A stretch of 64,000 nucleotides of DNA, taken from Hyphomicrobium sp. Its GTDB lineage: Bacteria > Pseudomonadota > Alphaproteobacteria > Rhizobiales > Hyphomicrobiaceae. The stretch is taken from NCBI GenBank assembly GCA_022844105.1, contig JALHMJ010000011.1, positions 35,737 through 99,736 on the forward strand, written 5' to 3'. Position numbers and translations under genes: made by a program. The notes below the pieces were generated by a model. That model had not been told where the DNA came from and made no database searches. It saw only the letters and a program-made list of their open reading frames with translations. Positions 30,104 to 40,152 of this stretch are shown in pieces; position 1 is the first letter of the stretch, and the number at the start of each line of letters is the position of its first letter.

Positions 30104-33100
30104 GTTCGACATCGCAGATCAATTTTTCGGCCTACTCGATCCGTCGGCCGCTGCCCGCGATCCTGCTGTTCGTCGTGCTGCTGTTTCTCGGCATCATGAG
30201 TTTCAAGTCGCTGCCCGTCACGCGATTTCCCAACATCGATATTCCCCTCGTTCAGGTGACGATCAATCAGTCGGGCTCCACGCCGGCTGAGTTGGAAACA
30301 CAGGTCGCCAAACTTGTCGAAGACTCGGTCGCCAACATAACCGGCGTCAAACATGTCATCTCGACGCTCAGTGACGGGTCCTCCACGACGGCCATCGAAT
30401 TCCGGCTCGAAATCGACACCGATCGCGCCTTGAACGACGTCAAGGATGCCATTGAAAAAATCCGGCCCGATCTGCCACGCACCATCGACGAGCCGATCGT
30501 TCAGCGCATCGATGTCGAAGGTCAGGCGATCCTCGCCTTCGCCGCCGTGTCACCGGGCATGACGCTCGAACAGCTGTCCTGGCACGTCGACGATGTGATC
30601 AAACGCGACCTTCTAGTTGTGAAGGGCGTCGGCCGCGTCGAGCGTTATGGCGGCGTCAAGCGCGAGATCCGCGTCCTGCTCGATCCGGACCGATTGCTGG
30701 CCTACGGCGTGACCGCTGCCGACATCAGCAAACAAATACGAGCCACCAACGTCGACATCGGCTCGGGTCGCGGTGAAGTTGGCAGCCAGGAGCAAGCGAT
30801 CCGTATTCTGGCCGGTGCCAAGACAGTCGCCGAGCTTTCGGAAACGAAAATCGCCATTACCGGCGGCCGCTACGTGCGCTTGAACGATCTCGGCCGCGTG
30901 CTTGACGACGCCGAGGAGGCCCGTTCTTTCGCACGCCTCGATGGCCAGCCGGTGGTCTCATTTTCCATCTTCCGCTCGAAGGGTTCGAGCGAACTCTCCG
31001 TTGCCGAAGCTGTCGAAAAGCGTCTCGCTGACTTAAAGCAGCGCTACCCCGACGTGACGTTGAGCAAGATCGATGACGCCGTGTCGTATACGCGCGGCAA
31101 CTACGAAGCCGCCATGACGACGCTGATCGAAGGCGCCATTCTCGCCGTCATCACCGTATTTCTCTTCCTGCGCAATGCGCGGGCAACGCTCATCACGGCC
31201 ATCGCCCTGCCGTTGTCGGCCATACCGACCTTCTGGGCGATGAGCCTGATGGGCTTTTCGCTGAACCTTGTATCGCTGCTCGCCATCACGCTCGTGACGG
31301 GCATTCTCGTCGATGACGCCATCGTCGAGATCGAGAACATCGTGCGCCACATGCGCATGGGCAAGTCACCCTACCGTGCCGCCATGGAGGCGGCCGACGA
31401 AATCGGCCTCGCCGTCATCGCCATCACGCTGACGATCGTTGCGATCTTCGCACCCGTGTCATTTATGGGCGGCGTCGCCGGTCAATATTTTCGCCAGTTC
31501 GGCCTGACCGTCGCCGTCGCGGTACTATTTTCTCTGCTCGTCGCGCGCCTGATAACGCCGATGATGGCGGCCTACCTGATGCGACCGGTGGAACCGCACG
31601 ACACCGAAAACAGCCGGACTATGCGGGCGTACGTGGCGTTCCTCGCGACGACCTTGCGTTGGCGCTACGTCACGCTGATCATTGGCCTGGGCATCTTTGC
31701 CGGCTCGATCTACGCCACCAGCATTCTGCCGACAGGCTTTATCCCGGACGAGGACACCTCGCGCGTCGTCATCTCGGCCGAGCTTCCTCCTGGCGCACGG
31801 CTCGATGACACGCGCCTCATGACCGATGAGATCACTCGCCGCTTGAAGCAGGTGCCCGAGGTTGCGAGTGTTTTTGCATTGGGCGGAGTATCGCCGACCG
31901 GCGCGCTCGAAGTTCGCCGGGCCGCGGTCAACGTGCGCCTCGTGCCGAAAACCGAACGCGACAAGCCGCAAAAGGAGCTGAAGGCGATTGTCTCTGCCGT
32001 TATTGCCGACATTCCCGACGTGCGCGCCTGGTTTGTCAACGAACGCGGCGAACGTGAGTTGTCGTTCTCGCTCCTGGCCCGCGACGGCGATGCCCTTGCC
32101 GAAGGCGTATCGAAAGTTGAATCCGCCGTCCGCAAGCTGCCCGGATTTTTCAACGTCGCCTCCAAGTCGGCTCTCGATCGTCCAGAGATCCGCATCGTAC
32201 CCGAACTCGATAAGGCTTCAGCCCTTGGCATCACGCCCGATCAAATTGCCGAAACGGTGCGCGTCGCCACCATCGGCGACGTCGATGCCAATCTGGCCAA
32301 GTTTACATCCGGCGATCGCCTGATCCCGATCCGTGTCCAGGTCGAGGAGAGCGCTCGCGAAAATCTGCAGCGCATCGCCAACCTGCGCATGACCAACGCT
32401 GCCGGAAAGTCGATCCCTCTGTCCGCCGTCGCCAACATCTCATTTGGGCGCGGGCCAAGCGCCATCGACCGCTACGACCGCGAGCGCCGCGCCGAGATCG
32501 GCGGCGACCTCGTCAAGGGTTACGCACTCGGCAGCGCGCGCGAAGCCTTCGTCGCCGAAGTCGACAAAGTCGGCCTGCCCGCGGGCGTGCGCCTGCAGGC
32601 AACGGGCGACGCCGAAATCCAGGACGAGGTGGCGACCGGCTTCATCACCGCCATGGGCACCGGTCTCATGATCGTGTTCGGCCTGCTGATCCTGCTCTTT
32701 GGCAGCGTCGTCCAGCCGATCACCATCCTCTTGTCCTTGCCGCTGTCGTTCGGCGGCGTCGTCATTGCGCTAATCGCAACCGGCAATCCGATCAGCATGC
32801 CGGTCTACATCGGCCTCCTGATGCTCATGGGTATCGTGACCAAGAACGCGATCATGCTCGTCGACTTCGCGGTGGAGGAAATTGCCCGCGGCACCGAACG
32901 GACCGCTGCTCTTTTGGAAGCTGGCCGCAAACGTGCCCGCCCCATCGTCATGACCACCATCGCCATGGCAGCTGGCATGTTGCCCAGCGCTTACGCACTC
33001 GGCGACGGCGGCGAATTCCGGGCCCCCATGGCCATCGCCGTGATTGGCGGCCTGCTTGTGTCGACAATCCTGTCCCTCATTTTCGTGCCGTCGTTCTTCA

Positions 33101-33279
33101 CGGTCATGGACGACCTCTCGCGCCTCATGACGTGGCTCGCCTCGTTTGTCATCAAAACGAACGCCGCCGACGAAGAGGCCGATGAGGTCGAAGCAGCCCC
33201 TCGCGTCCCGCCCCGTGCCACGCAGGAGCCGTCACGCCAAGCCGCGCCATCACCGCCAGGCCGGATCGCTGCGGAATAA
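30100..33279 (+). CDS. Efflux RND transporter permease (AcrB/HAE1-like)
   Basis: 1059 aa, 12 TM helices with two large periplasmic loops. FSIRRPLPAILLFVVLL N-terminus and VTGILVDDAIVEIENI motif. Confidence 0.93.
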   Translation: MSSTSQINFSAYSIRRPLPAILLFVVLLFLGIMSFKSLPVTRFPNIDIPLVQVTINQSGSTPAELETQVAKLVEDSVANITGVKHVISTLSDGSSTTAIEFRLEIDTDRALNDVKDAIEKIRPDLPRTIDEPIVQRIDVEGQAILAFAAVSPGMTLEQLSWHVDDVIKRDLLVVKGVGRVERYGGVKREIRVLLDPDRLLAYGVTAADISKQIRATNVDIGSGRGEVGSQEQAIRILAGAKTVAELSETKIAITGGRYVRLNDLGRVLDDAEEARSFARLDGQPVVSFSIFRSKGSSELSVAEAVEKRLADLKQRYPDVTLSKIDDAVSYTRGNYEAAMTTLIEGAILAVITVFLFLRNARATLITAIALPLSAIPTFWAMSLMGFSLNLVSLLAITLVTGILVDDAIVEIENIVRHMRMGKSPYRAAMEAADEIGLAVIAITLTIVAIFAPVSFMGGVAGQYFRQFGLTVAVAVLFSLLVARLITPMMAAYLMRPVEPHDTENSRTMRAYVAFLATTLRWRYVTLIIGLGIFAGSIYATSILPTGFIPDEDTSRVVISAELPPGARLDDTRLMTDEITRRLKQVPEVASVFALGGVSPTGALEVRRAAVNVRLVPKTERDKPQKELKAIVSAVIADIPDVRAWFVNERGERELSFSLLARDGDALAEGVSKVESAVRKLPGFFNVASKSALDRPEIRIVPELDKASALGITPDQIAETVRVATIGDVDANLAKFTSGDRLIPIRVQVEESARENLQRIANLRMTNAAGKSIPLSAVANISFGRGPSAIDRYDRERRAEIGGDLVKGYALGSAREAFVAEVDKVGLPAGVRLQATGDAEIQDEVATGFITAMGTGLMIVFGLLILLFGSVVQPITILLSLPLSFGGVVIALIATGNPISMPVYIGLLMLMGIVTKNAIMLVDFAVEEIARGTERTAALLEAGRKRARPIVMTTIAMAAGMLPSAYALGDGGEFRAPMAIAVIGGLLVSTILSLIFVPSFFTVMDDLSRLMTWLASFVIKTNAADEEADEVEAAPRVPPRATQEPSRQAAPSPPGRIAAE

Positions 33280-33368
33280 CCTTCGCACCGCGCAAGCGTT
33301 GTGCTCACGTCACTGAGCTCCTATATCGCTCGCAGACTTTTGTCGCATTCCACCGAAAGGGATTGATC

Positions 33369-34442
33369 ATGTTCGACGCGAAAGCACTTTTGGAGCAGAT
33401 CGCCGGTAACGTTCAACGCCCCTCTGCCGCACCTTCCGCATCCGGCGCATCAGGCGAAGGATTGAACGACCTTTTCAGCCAGATCGCAGCCGCCGTGCAG
33501 TCGTCGGGCCAGAGCGCTCAAAGTAACCTGGGCGCTCAAAGTAACCTGGGTGGCCAAACCAATCTGGGTAATTTGTCCGATCTTATGCGCAATATCACCG
33601 GTGGCGCGGGCGGCGGCGCTGGCCTCGATCAGATCCTGGCCCAAGTCAAAGAGCAGGCCGCCAAATACGGCGGTGCATCGGGCGCCGACCTCGTCGACAC
33701 GTTGACGAAGGCGTTCGGCCAAGCGACCGAAGGCGTCAAAGAGGGCGCCACCAGGATCGGCGACGCGACGGGTACACGTGACGCGGTCTCCAACGCCACC
33801 GGCGGCAGGTCCGCCGACGAACTGATCGCCCAGGTCAAGGATCTGATGGCCAAAAACCAGCTCGGAACCGGCGCCGTCCTCGGCGGGCTTGGCGCCATTC
33901 TGTTTGGTACGCGGACCGGCCGCGGCATGGCAACCGGTGCCGTCAAACTCGGCGCGTTGGCCTTGATCGGCGGCCTTGCCTACAAGGCCTATCAAAACCA
34001 TCAGGCCGGCAGGCCGCTAATCACCGGGCCGCAGAATGCCGCCACTGAAGCACCGACCGGCTCGGGTTTTGAACCGGCCGCGATCAGCAACGAGGCCGCA
34101 ACACTTATCATCCGCGCCATGATCGCCGCGGCGGCCGCCGACGGTCGCATCGACGATCGCGAATATGGGCGCATCCTGGAATCGGCCGGCGGCGTGGCGG
34201 CGAGTCCGGAGGCAAAGGCTTTTCTCGAAGCCGAATTACGCAGCCCCGCCACGGCCGCGTCGCTTGCCGCTTCCGTCACCTCGGCCGAAGAAGCGCTACA
34301 GATTTACACCGCCGCCCGTGTCGCGGTGGACGCCGACAACGCATCAGAGACAGGCTTCCTCGCCGAACTCGCGTCCACACTTGGCATCGACGCCGATCTC
34401 GCCCGCCAAGTCGATGCGACAGCGAAAAGCACCGCCGCTTGA
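33369..34442 (+). CDS. DUF533 (YebE-like, TerB-fold) membrane protein
   Basis: Central TM helices (AVLGGLGAILFG, LGALALIGGLAYKAY). C-terminal AMIAAAAADGRIDDREYGRI TerB-like motif. Confidence 0.7.
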   Translation: MFDAKALLEQIAGNVQRPSAAPSASGASGEGLNDLFSQIAAAVQSSGQSAQSNLGAQSNLGGQTNLGNLSDLMRNITGGAGGGAGLDQILAQVKEQAAKYGGASGADLVDTLTKAFGQATEGVKEGATRIGDATGTRDAVSNATGGRSADELIAQVKDLMAKNQLGTGAVLGGLGAILFGTRTGRGMATGAVKLGALALIGGLAYKAYQNHQAGRPLITGPQNAATEAPTGSGFEPAAISNEAATLIIRAMIAAAAADGRIDDREYGRILESAGGVAASPEAKAFLEAELRSPATAASLAASVTSAEEALQIYTAARVAVDADNASETGFLAELASTLGIDADLARQVDATAKSTAA

Positions 34443-34463
34443 AGCAACCACGAACGACGGAAA

Positions 34464-34494
34464 CAAAAAAGCGCGGGAGAAATCCCGCGCTTTT
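34464..34494. terminator. Bidirectional rho-independent terminator
   Basis: aaaaaaa-GCGCGGGA-gaaa-TCCCGCGC-tttt between convergent genes. Confidence 0.78.
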
Positions 34495-34517
34495 ATGATC
34501 ACTCGTGAAACGATGGC

Positions 34518-35576
34518 CTACGACGCCGTATCCGACTTGAAGAACACGTCAACGCGCATGCCCGTCAACAGAGGCGGCTGACCGTCCAGCGCCACCATCA
34601 CTTCGAGGACTTCGACGTCGTTGGGACGCCGCGGTCCACGCGATGTAATCCGTTGCGGTCCAAGCGCCGGTGCGATTGACGTCACCGTGCCGGTGAATTC
34701 CTGATTGCCGAACGCATCGGCTTTGACGATGGCCTTCTGCCCAATCCGGATCTTCGTAACATCGCGTTCCTCAACTTCGGTCCTGACGCGTAGTGCGCCG
34801 AGATCGCCGAACAGTGCCACCGGGGCATCCGGCGACGTCACCGCAACTTCACCCTGTTTGGCCCAGATGTTGAGGATGCTGCCATCGCCGGGAGCGCGCA
34901 CGCGAGCCCGATCAATCGCATTCAAGACCTGCGTCACATCCGATCGCGCTAGTGTCAATGATGACTCCAGCCGTGTCGGCAATGGCATGTCGCTGCGTGC
35001 CGCGACCTTGGCCAAAGCCGCACGCTCGCTGAAGAACTTTGCCTGTGCATCAGCGAGCTTCGTGCGGGCCGATGTCAGTTCGCCCGCCGCCGCCGTTCCA
35101 GCGCGTATGTTACGTGCTGTCTCGTCGATCGTTGTTTGCGCTGCATAGACCGCACGCTCTGCGGCGGCAGCCGCGTCCTCGGCGTTGCGCCGGTCGAGCG
35201 CTGGACCCTTTGCGATTTCTTCATCGCGCTCCAGAACGCGCACAGCCTCTTCCGCAAGCGCAGCGGTCAGCTTGGCCTGCGCGTCGCTATCGTCGAGACG
35301 CACCAGAAGGTCACCGGCCTGCACTTTGTCTCCGGTCTTGGCTGCCACCTCGAGAATCACACCGGGCGTTTGCGCAACGACACGGATTTCACCTTCCTTC
35401 GGTTCGACGCGACCCGTCGCCGATGCGGCCCACGTTCCCTTCGCCAACTCCGCAACTTTGACAGGCGGCTTGTCCTGGCTGTGCGACGATAGAGTGCCGC
35501 TGACAAGCACGCTGATCGAAATCGCGAGGATGCCCGCAACCGTCAGGGTCTGAACGGTTGGATCAATTCTAAGCAT
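34518..35576 (-). CDS. HlyD/DevB-type periplasmic adaptor of an ABC exporter
   Basis: N-terminal TM helix, coiled-coil, VRAPGDGSILNIWAKQGE beta-barrel motif. Overlaps the upstream ATPase gene. Confidence 0.85.
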   Translation of the reverse strand: MLRIDPTVQTLTVAGILAISISVLVSGTLSSHSQDKPPVKVAELAKGTWAASATGRVEPKEGEIRVVAQTPGVILEVAAKTGDKVQAGDLLVRLDDSDAQAKLTAALAEEAVRVLERDEEIAKGPALDRRNAEDAAAAAERAVYAAQTTIDETARNIRAGTAAAGELTSARTKLADAQAKFFSERAALAKVAARSDMPLPTRLESSLTLARSDVTQVLNAIDRARVRAPGDGSILNIWAKQGEVAVTSPDAPVALFGDLGALRVRTEVEERDVTKIRIGQKAIVKADAFGNQEFTGTVTSIAPALGPQRITSRGPRRPNDVEVLEVMVALDGQPPLLTGMRVDVFFKSDTAS

Positions 35577-36327
35577 TTGCCTTACGCCTCTTTTTCGTCA
35601 AATCGGTGATTTCGGGCGAGTTCACGCCCTCCGGCCGGCGCTCTTCGCCGACGATTTTTCCGTCTTCAATGCGCACCACGCGATCGGCATAACCAAGCGT
35701 GCGTGGATCGTGCGTCACGGCAAGCACGCTGCGGTGCTGCTCTTTTGCAATACGCGCCAGCAGCGCCATGACCGCATGACCGTTTTCGCTGTCGAGAGCC
35801 GCGGTCGGTTCGTCGGCAAGCACGATCGAGGGTGACGCGGCGATGGCACGGGCGACCGCGACGCGCTGCTGTTCACCGCCTGACAGATTGCTCGGATAGT
35901 TTTGCAGGCGATGCCCAAGGCCTACCTCGCGCAGAACCTCCTCGGCCCGCGCCGCCGCCGGATAGCCCTTCTGACCCAGCACATCGAGTGCGATGCGCAC
36001 GTTCTCGACGGCATTGAGCGTTGGAAACAAATTGTAGCTCTGGAAGATGAAGCCGATGTGTTTGCGCCTCAGCTCTGCGAGCTCTTCCGGACCCAGTCCG
36101 CTGGTCGAGAGGCCGGCAATGCGGATATTTCCCGACGTCGGCGACAGGATGCAGCCGAGTATGGAGAGCAATGTCGTCTTGCCTGAGCCCGACGGCCCCA
36201 TCAGCAGCGTCAGCTCTCCTGGGACAAGCGTCAGGCTGACGCCTTTCAAGGCCATCACCTTTCCGGCGCCTTTGCCAAGCTCCTTGACGATGTCTTTTGC
36301 TTCGAGAACGGGGGCTTCGTTCGTCAT
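35569..36327 (-). CDS. ABC transporter ATP-binding protein (MacB/LolD/DevA class)
   Basis: Walker [10 protein letters not shown], signature [14 protein letters not shown], Walker [13 protein letters not shown]. Confidence 0.93.
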   Translation of the reverse strand: MTNEAPVLEAKDIVKELGKGAGKVMALKGVSLTLVPGELTLLMGPSGSGKTTLLSILGCILSPTSGNIRIAGLSTSGLGPEELAELRRKHIGFIFQSYNLFPTLNAVENVRIALDVLGQKGYPAAARAEEVLREVGLGHRLQNYPSNLSGGEQQRVAVARAIAASPSIVLADEPTAALDSENGHAVMALLARIAKEQHRSVLAVTHDPRTLGYADRVVRIEDGKIVGEERRPEGVNSPEITDLTKKRRKANA

Positions 36328-37463
36328 CTGCTGAACACCGTTGCTGGATCGATTTTAGTAACTTTCATGATCGCCGACACCGCCGAGATCGCGCACATAA
36401 ACAATGTCAGTGCGAACAGAGACACGGCCAATCCCGGCGTCATGACGAGCGGCAGCGGCGAGTTTCGGCTCACATAAAGGATGATCAGGGCGATAATCAT
36501 ACCGAGGCTATAGCCGATCACCGCACTGAGACCCGCCTGTGCCAGGATCACTTTGTGGATATAGGAAGCCGATGAGCCGAGCGCACGCAAGGTCGCAAAT
36601 TCGTTGATATGGTCCTTCGTGCTTGAATAAAGCGTCTGGGCGACGATCACGGTGCCGACCAGAATGCCCAGCAGTGCGCCGCCGATCAGGGCGATGCCCG
36701 CGCCAGTCTTGAACAGCCATTGGCCAAGACTGCGGTCACGGAATTCTGCTTTCGTCAGGACGTCGGTGCCCTCCAGCCGCTCACGCAGCGCCGCACGGAC
36801 CGTTTCAAGGTTCGCACCCGGCTGTAGCTGGACCAGGAAGAACGTGCTCTTGTCGCCTTTTTCGCCGTCGAGATTCATGAGGTTTCGCGCCCGTTGCAGC
36901 GGCGTGAATACGTAAGGCGACTGCGTGAACGACCGAATGCCGTCCGTCAGGGCCCTGACCCGCACCCGTCCGAGCGCGATTTGCGCCGTGCTGCCGATCC
37001 CCTCGATGCCAAGGTCCCGCAAATACGACTGATCGACCGCGATCGCATCAGGTGCGCGGATATCGTCCCACGTGCCTTCGATGAGATTCCAGGGTTCAAG
37101 CCCACCATCCTCGGCATCGATACCGACAAGGGCGACACGCGTTGATCCGCCGCCAGGCTTGCGCCATTCGGCAAAGGCCGAGACCATGGGTATGACGGCC
37201 TTCACGCCTGGGGTCGCCAGCGCCTGATGGCGCTGCCCTGGCGTCAGCAGGATGCCACCTTCTTCAAAACTTTTGGCACCAAAAGTTGTGATCCATAGAT
37301 CGCTGTTCGTCTTCTCGATCATGTTCGTGATCATACGGCTGGAACCAAGGTACAGCCCGAGCTGAACAGCCACCAGCACGATCGAAAACAGGATGCCGAC
37401 AAGCGTCACCGCCAATCGGATGCGATCGTGAAACAGATTGCGAAACGCGAGTGTCAGGATCAT
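36324..37463 (-). CDS. ABC transporter permease, FtsX/MacB-type (DevC-like)
   Basis: MILTLAFRNLFHDRIRL N-terminus, large periplasmic loop, C-terminal FtsX 3-TM bundle. Start taken at 37463. Confidence 0.85.
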   Translation of the reverse strand: MILTLAFRNLFHDRIRLAVTLVGILFSIVLVAVQLGLYLGSSRMITNMIEKTNSDLWITTFGAKSFEEGGILLTPGQRHQALATPGVKAVIPMVSAFAEWRKPGGGSTRVALVGIDAEDGGLEPWNLIEGTWDDIRAPDAIAVDQSYLRDLGIEGIGSTAQIALGRVRVRALTDGIRSFTQSPYVFTPLQRARNLMNLDGEKGDKSTFFLVQLQPGANLETVRAALRERLEGTDVLTKAEFRDRSLGQWLFKTGAGIALIGGALLGILVGTVIVAQTLYSSTKDHINEFATLRALGSSASYIHKVILAQAGLSAVIGYSLGMIIALIILYVSRNSPLPLVMTPGLAVSLFALTLFMCAISAVSAIMKVTKIDPATVFSR

Positions 37464-37809
37464 CGCAGCAATAATTCCAGGTTTGGGTCCGCGCCAGTGG
37501 CGGCATGAGCGCGGGCCGTGACGCGGCCAGCCGGGGTCGATCTCTTTTGCGGAAAATACCGTGGGGCACGAACGGCGTCGAACATGTAACGCGTCCCAAA
37601 AACCCACCAGAACTTAGCATTGGGCCAAAACTTATCGTCGAGTTTGTACTACCAATGATGGGATAGGTTAAGTGCAAAGCGCTTTGGCGAAAAAGTGTTC
37701 AGGGCCCGCGACCGTTCGACAGCCCAATTTTAGTCAAAGGCAAGGAGCACGTGTTAAGTTCCTGTTTTTGCCGCTTTCCTGTTCCACCATCTGACTTTAA
37801 TTCTTCGTC

Positions 37810-38400
37810 ATGACCGGGCCAAAGAACATGACTGTTTCATTACGCGGCACCACGACGCGCTCGTCGCGCCACCTACAATTTGCAGCCGCGGCCATGGCAA
37901 TGGTCGTGACAGGGCTCATGAACTCGCCCGCGACTGCCGGGCAACCCCAACCGATGGAAGTCGGGTTATGGTACGATGAGACCGGTAGAGGCGCTGTGGA
38001 ACTTTTGCCCTGCGGACCCAAGCTCTGCGGGCGCATCGCTTGGCTCAGAGAACAGGTGAATGCCGAAGGCCGGCCACTCGTCGATCGTTACAATCCCAAC
38101 GCTGGCCGACGCACGACACCGATCTGCGGTCTCCAGGTCATCGGCGATGCGCAAAAGATGGCTGCAGGCTCCTGGGACTCAGGATGGATCTACGATCCCA
38201 AGACCGGCTCGTCTTATAGCGTCGCGCTTTTGCTTCAAGGCCCCGATCAGCTCAAGGTCACGGGCTACAAGGGCATGAAGCTGCTCTCGAAGAGCTTTAT
38301 CTGGAAGCGTGCCCCGGCCGATCTTCCGCGCTGTTCCACGACGGAGGGAGGAGCCGAGACAGCACCTGGCGGCGAAGCCCTGCCGTGGGCCAATCGATAA
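37810..38400 (+). CDS. DUF2147 domain-containing periplasmic protein
   Basis: Signal peptide. GLWYDETGRGAVELLPCGPKLCGRIAWL and GWIYDPKTGSSY...LKVTGY motifs. Confidence 0.75.
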   Translation: MTGPKNMTVSLRGTTTRSSRHLQFAAAAMAMVVTGLMNSPATAGQPQPMEVGLWYDETGRGAVELLPCGPKLCGRIAWLREQVNAEGRPLVDRYNPNAGRRTTPICGLQVIGDAQKMAAGSWDSGWIYDPKTGSSYSVALLLQGPDQLKVTGYKGMKLLSKSFIWKRAPADLPRCSTTEGGAETAPGGEALPWANR

Positions 38401-38480
38401 TTCGTGGCGGCACGAAACAAAAAGCGCCCCGCCGGTCCACCGTCGAGGCGCTTTGATTGGGTTCAACTACGAAAGCGGCG

Positions 38481-39359
38481 CTACTCGCCGACGCCATGGC
38501 CCTTGACGAGCTGCTTGACTGCGGCCTTCTCCTGCAGCTTCGCCGTCAGGCGCACTGCAAACTCAACCGCGCGATCGACCACCACGGAACGCTGCCGATC
38601 GAGCGTTACCATGTGATAGCAATCGTCAAGCACCGTACATTCGACCATACCGCCAAGGTTCTTCTGCAGCGTCAGTGCGTTCCACAATCCGCTCTGGTCG
38701 TCCTCGCGCGGATGGAAAATAGCTACATCTTGTTTGATACGCGACAGCCCGCGGCGAACATCCTTGGCCAGTTGCTTGAACTCGAACACCAGACCGCCGC
38801 CCCGACCGAAGAGATCCTCGATTGGGCGCTCATCGCTCTTGAAGCTCTCGATGACGAAGTTGCGGATGCGCTCGTCCTTGATGCCGTAGGGCGCGCGCTG
38901 GCGGAAGTGAAATAGCCGCGCAAACCACTTTTGGTGCACGAGCTTGAAGAAATAGAAGCTGCGCGGAATCGCCCAGCCGTTCGGCCACAGCGTCGGCGCA
39001 AACAGCATGATGCCCTGCACCTCGTCCGGACGCTCGCGCGCAAGCCGCAGGGCCATCATCGCTCCGGCCGACAAACCGCCGACGAGAACCGTGTCGCAGC
39101 GAGCCTTGAGTTCATCGTGTGCGATTTCGATAGCCCGGTACCAGTCCATCCATGTCGACAAGCCCGACACGTCCGTGCCGCCTCCCAGACCTGGCAGCAA
39201 CGGGCAATAAACAGTGTAACCCTGCCGCGCGAGGCCCTGCGCAACAAAGCGCAATTCAATCGGATTTCCGCCGAGCGAATGCACGAGAAGCACGCCCACA
39301 CGACCGCCGGGAATGACCAGGCTTCCCCGAAATCCGGTAAACTTTTCTTTAGGTTTCAT
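38481..39359 (-). CDS. Alpha/beta hydrolase (esterase/lipase-like)
   Basis: VLLVHSLGGNP oxyanion region, nucleophile elbow GGLSAGA, C-terminal CYHMVT His. Start taken at MKPKEK (39359). The ORF track allows 39392. Confidence 0.8.
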   Translation of the reverse strand: MKPKEKFTGFRGSLVIPGGRVGVLLVHSLGGNPIELRFVAQGLARQGYTVYCPLLPGLGGGTDVSGLSTWMDWYRAIEIAHDELKARCDTVLVGGLSAGAMMALRLARERPDEVQGIMLFAPTLWPNGWAIPRSFYFFKLVHQKWFARLFHFRQRAPYGIKDERIRNFVIESFKSDERPIEDLFGRGGGLVFEFKQLAKDVRRGLSRIKQDVAIFHPREDDQSGLWNALTLQKNLGGMVECTVLDDCYHMVTLDRQRSVVVDRAVEFAVRLTAKLQEKAAVKQLVKGHGVGE

Positions 39360-40152
39360 TAAGTTAGCCACGACTGCTCGCACTCCGCACAATCCGAATT
39401 AAACCGATCGCGCCGCCAAAGCCAAGCACATCATGATAAAGTGCCGCTGCTTCAGGCTGTCCACCACCGGTCCAAAGCGTCCGGGCGATCGATTCGTTTC
39501 TATTGCTTCCGCGACAGCGGGCGCCGTCACGTCCATACGTTTGCTGCGCCGCAGCAATTCCATCGGTAGGTTTTCGCCCGGCTTGAGGGTTCTGACGATG
39601 GGTCAGTGTGCCGCAACGGCCAATCCAATCAAGTGATCGGGAAGGCCGGGGAAAATTACTGAACGAAATAGAGCGGTTAGCTGGGATGTTCTGCCCCCGG
39701 ATGAGTTTAGAAATGAGCGCCGCGCGGCGCTCCAGTGGGGCAAAATCATGACCGCGCCAGACGAGCAGGCACATGTAGGGGTGCTGTTTGGTTGGCATTC
39801 TCAAGCGCTTGGCACCTTAAAAGATGATGTCAGCTGCAAATTCGCCCCCTCACGTTGCCATTCCCAAGTGCTGCAAGTTACCCGAATTTACTGCCGGCAA
39901 ACTCGAACTGCGAAGCCGAGGTTAACGGTTGTGAGTGCGGGTCGGCCCCTTCAGCAGCGACGATTCCCGATAAGTCTGAACATTTGCCTCACAATTTGAG
40001 GTCCGCCCGCTTGGCGGCTAAATCGCAACGCGTCGTCAAAGTGTTTCTTGCGCTGCAAGAAAGTGCGCCTACGTGAGGCCGAAACACACGCTATAATTGT
40101 GCATTAATATTGCACGCATCAGCTATGGCCAATCGGCGGGAGTTCGGAGCAA

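Noticed and set aside
28682-30354. Minus-strand ORFs of 265, 334 and 202 aa
   Set aside because: They are antisense shadows of the TetR 3' end, the MFP gene and the RND 5' end, and their composition is not protein-like.
39393-39700. Possible cobalamin or other riboswitch on the minus strand upstream of the esterase gene
   Set aside because: I could not find a B12 box or another diagnostic riboswitch core by eye, and the downstream gene is not a typical riboswitch target.
39364-39804. 146-aa minus-strand ORF upstream of the esterase gene
   Set aside because: It overlaps the esterase start region, has a non-protein-like composition (Arg/Gly-rich with many rare residues in runs), and has no SD.
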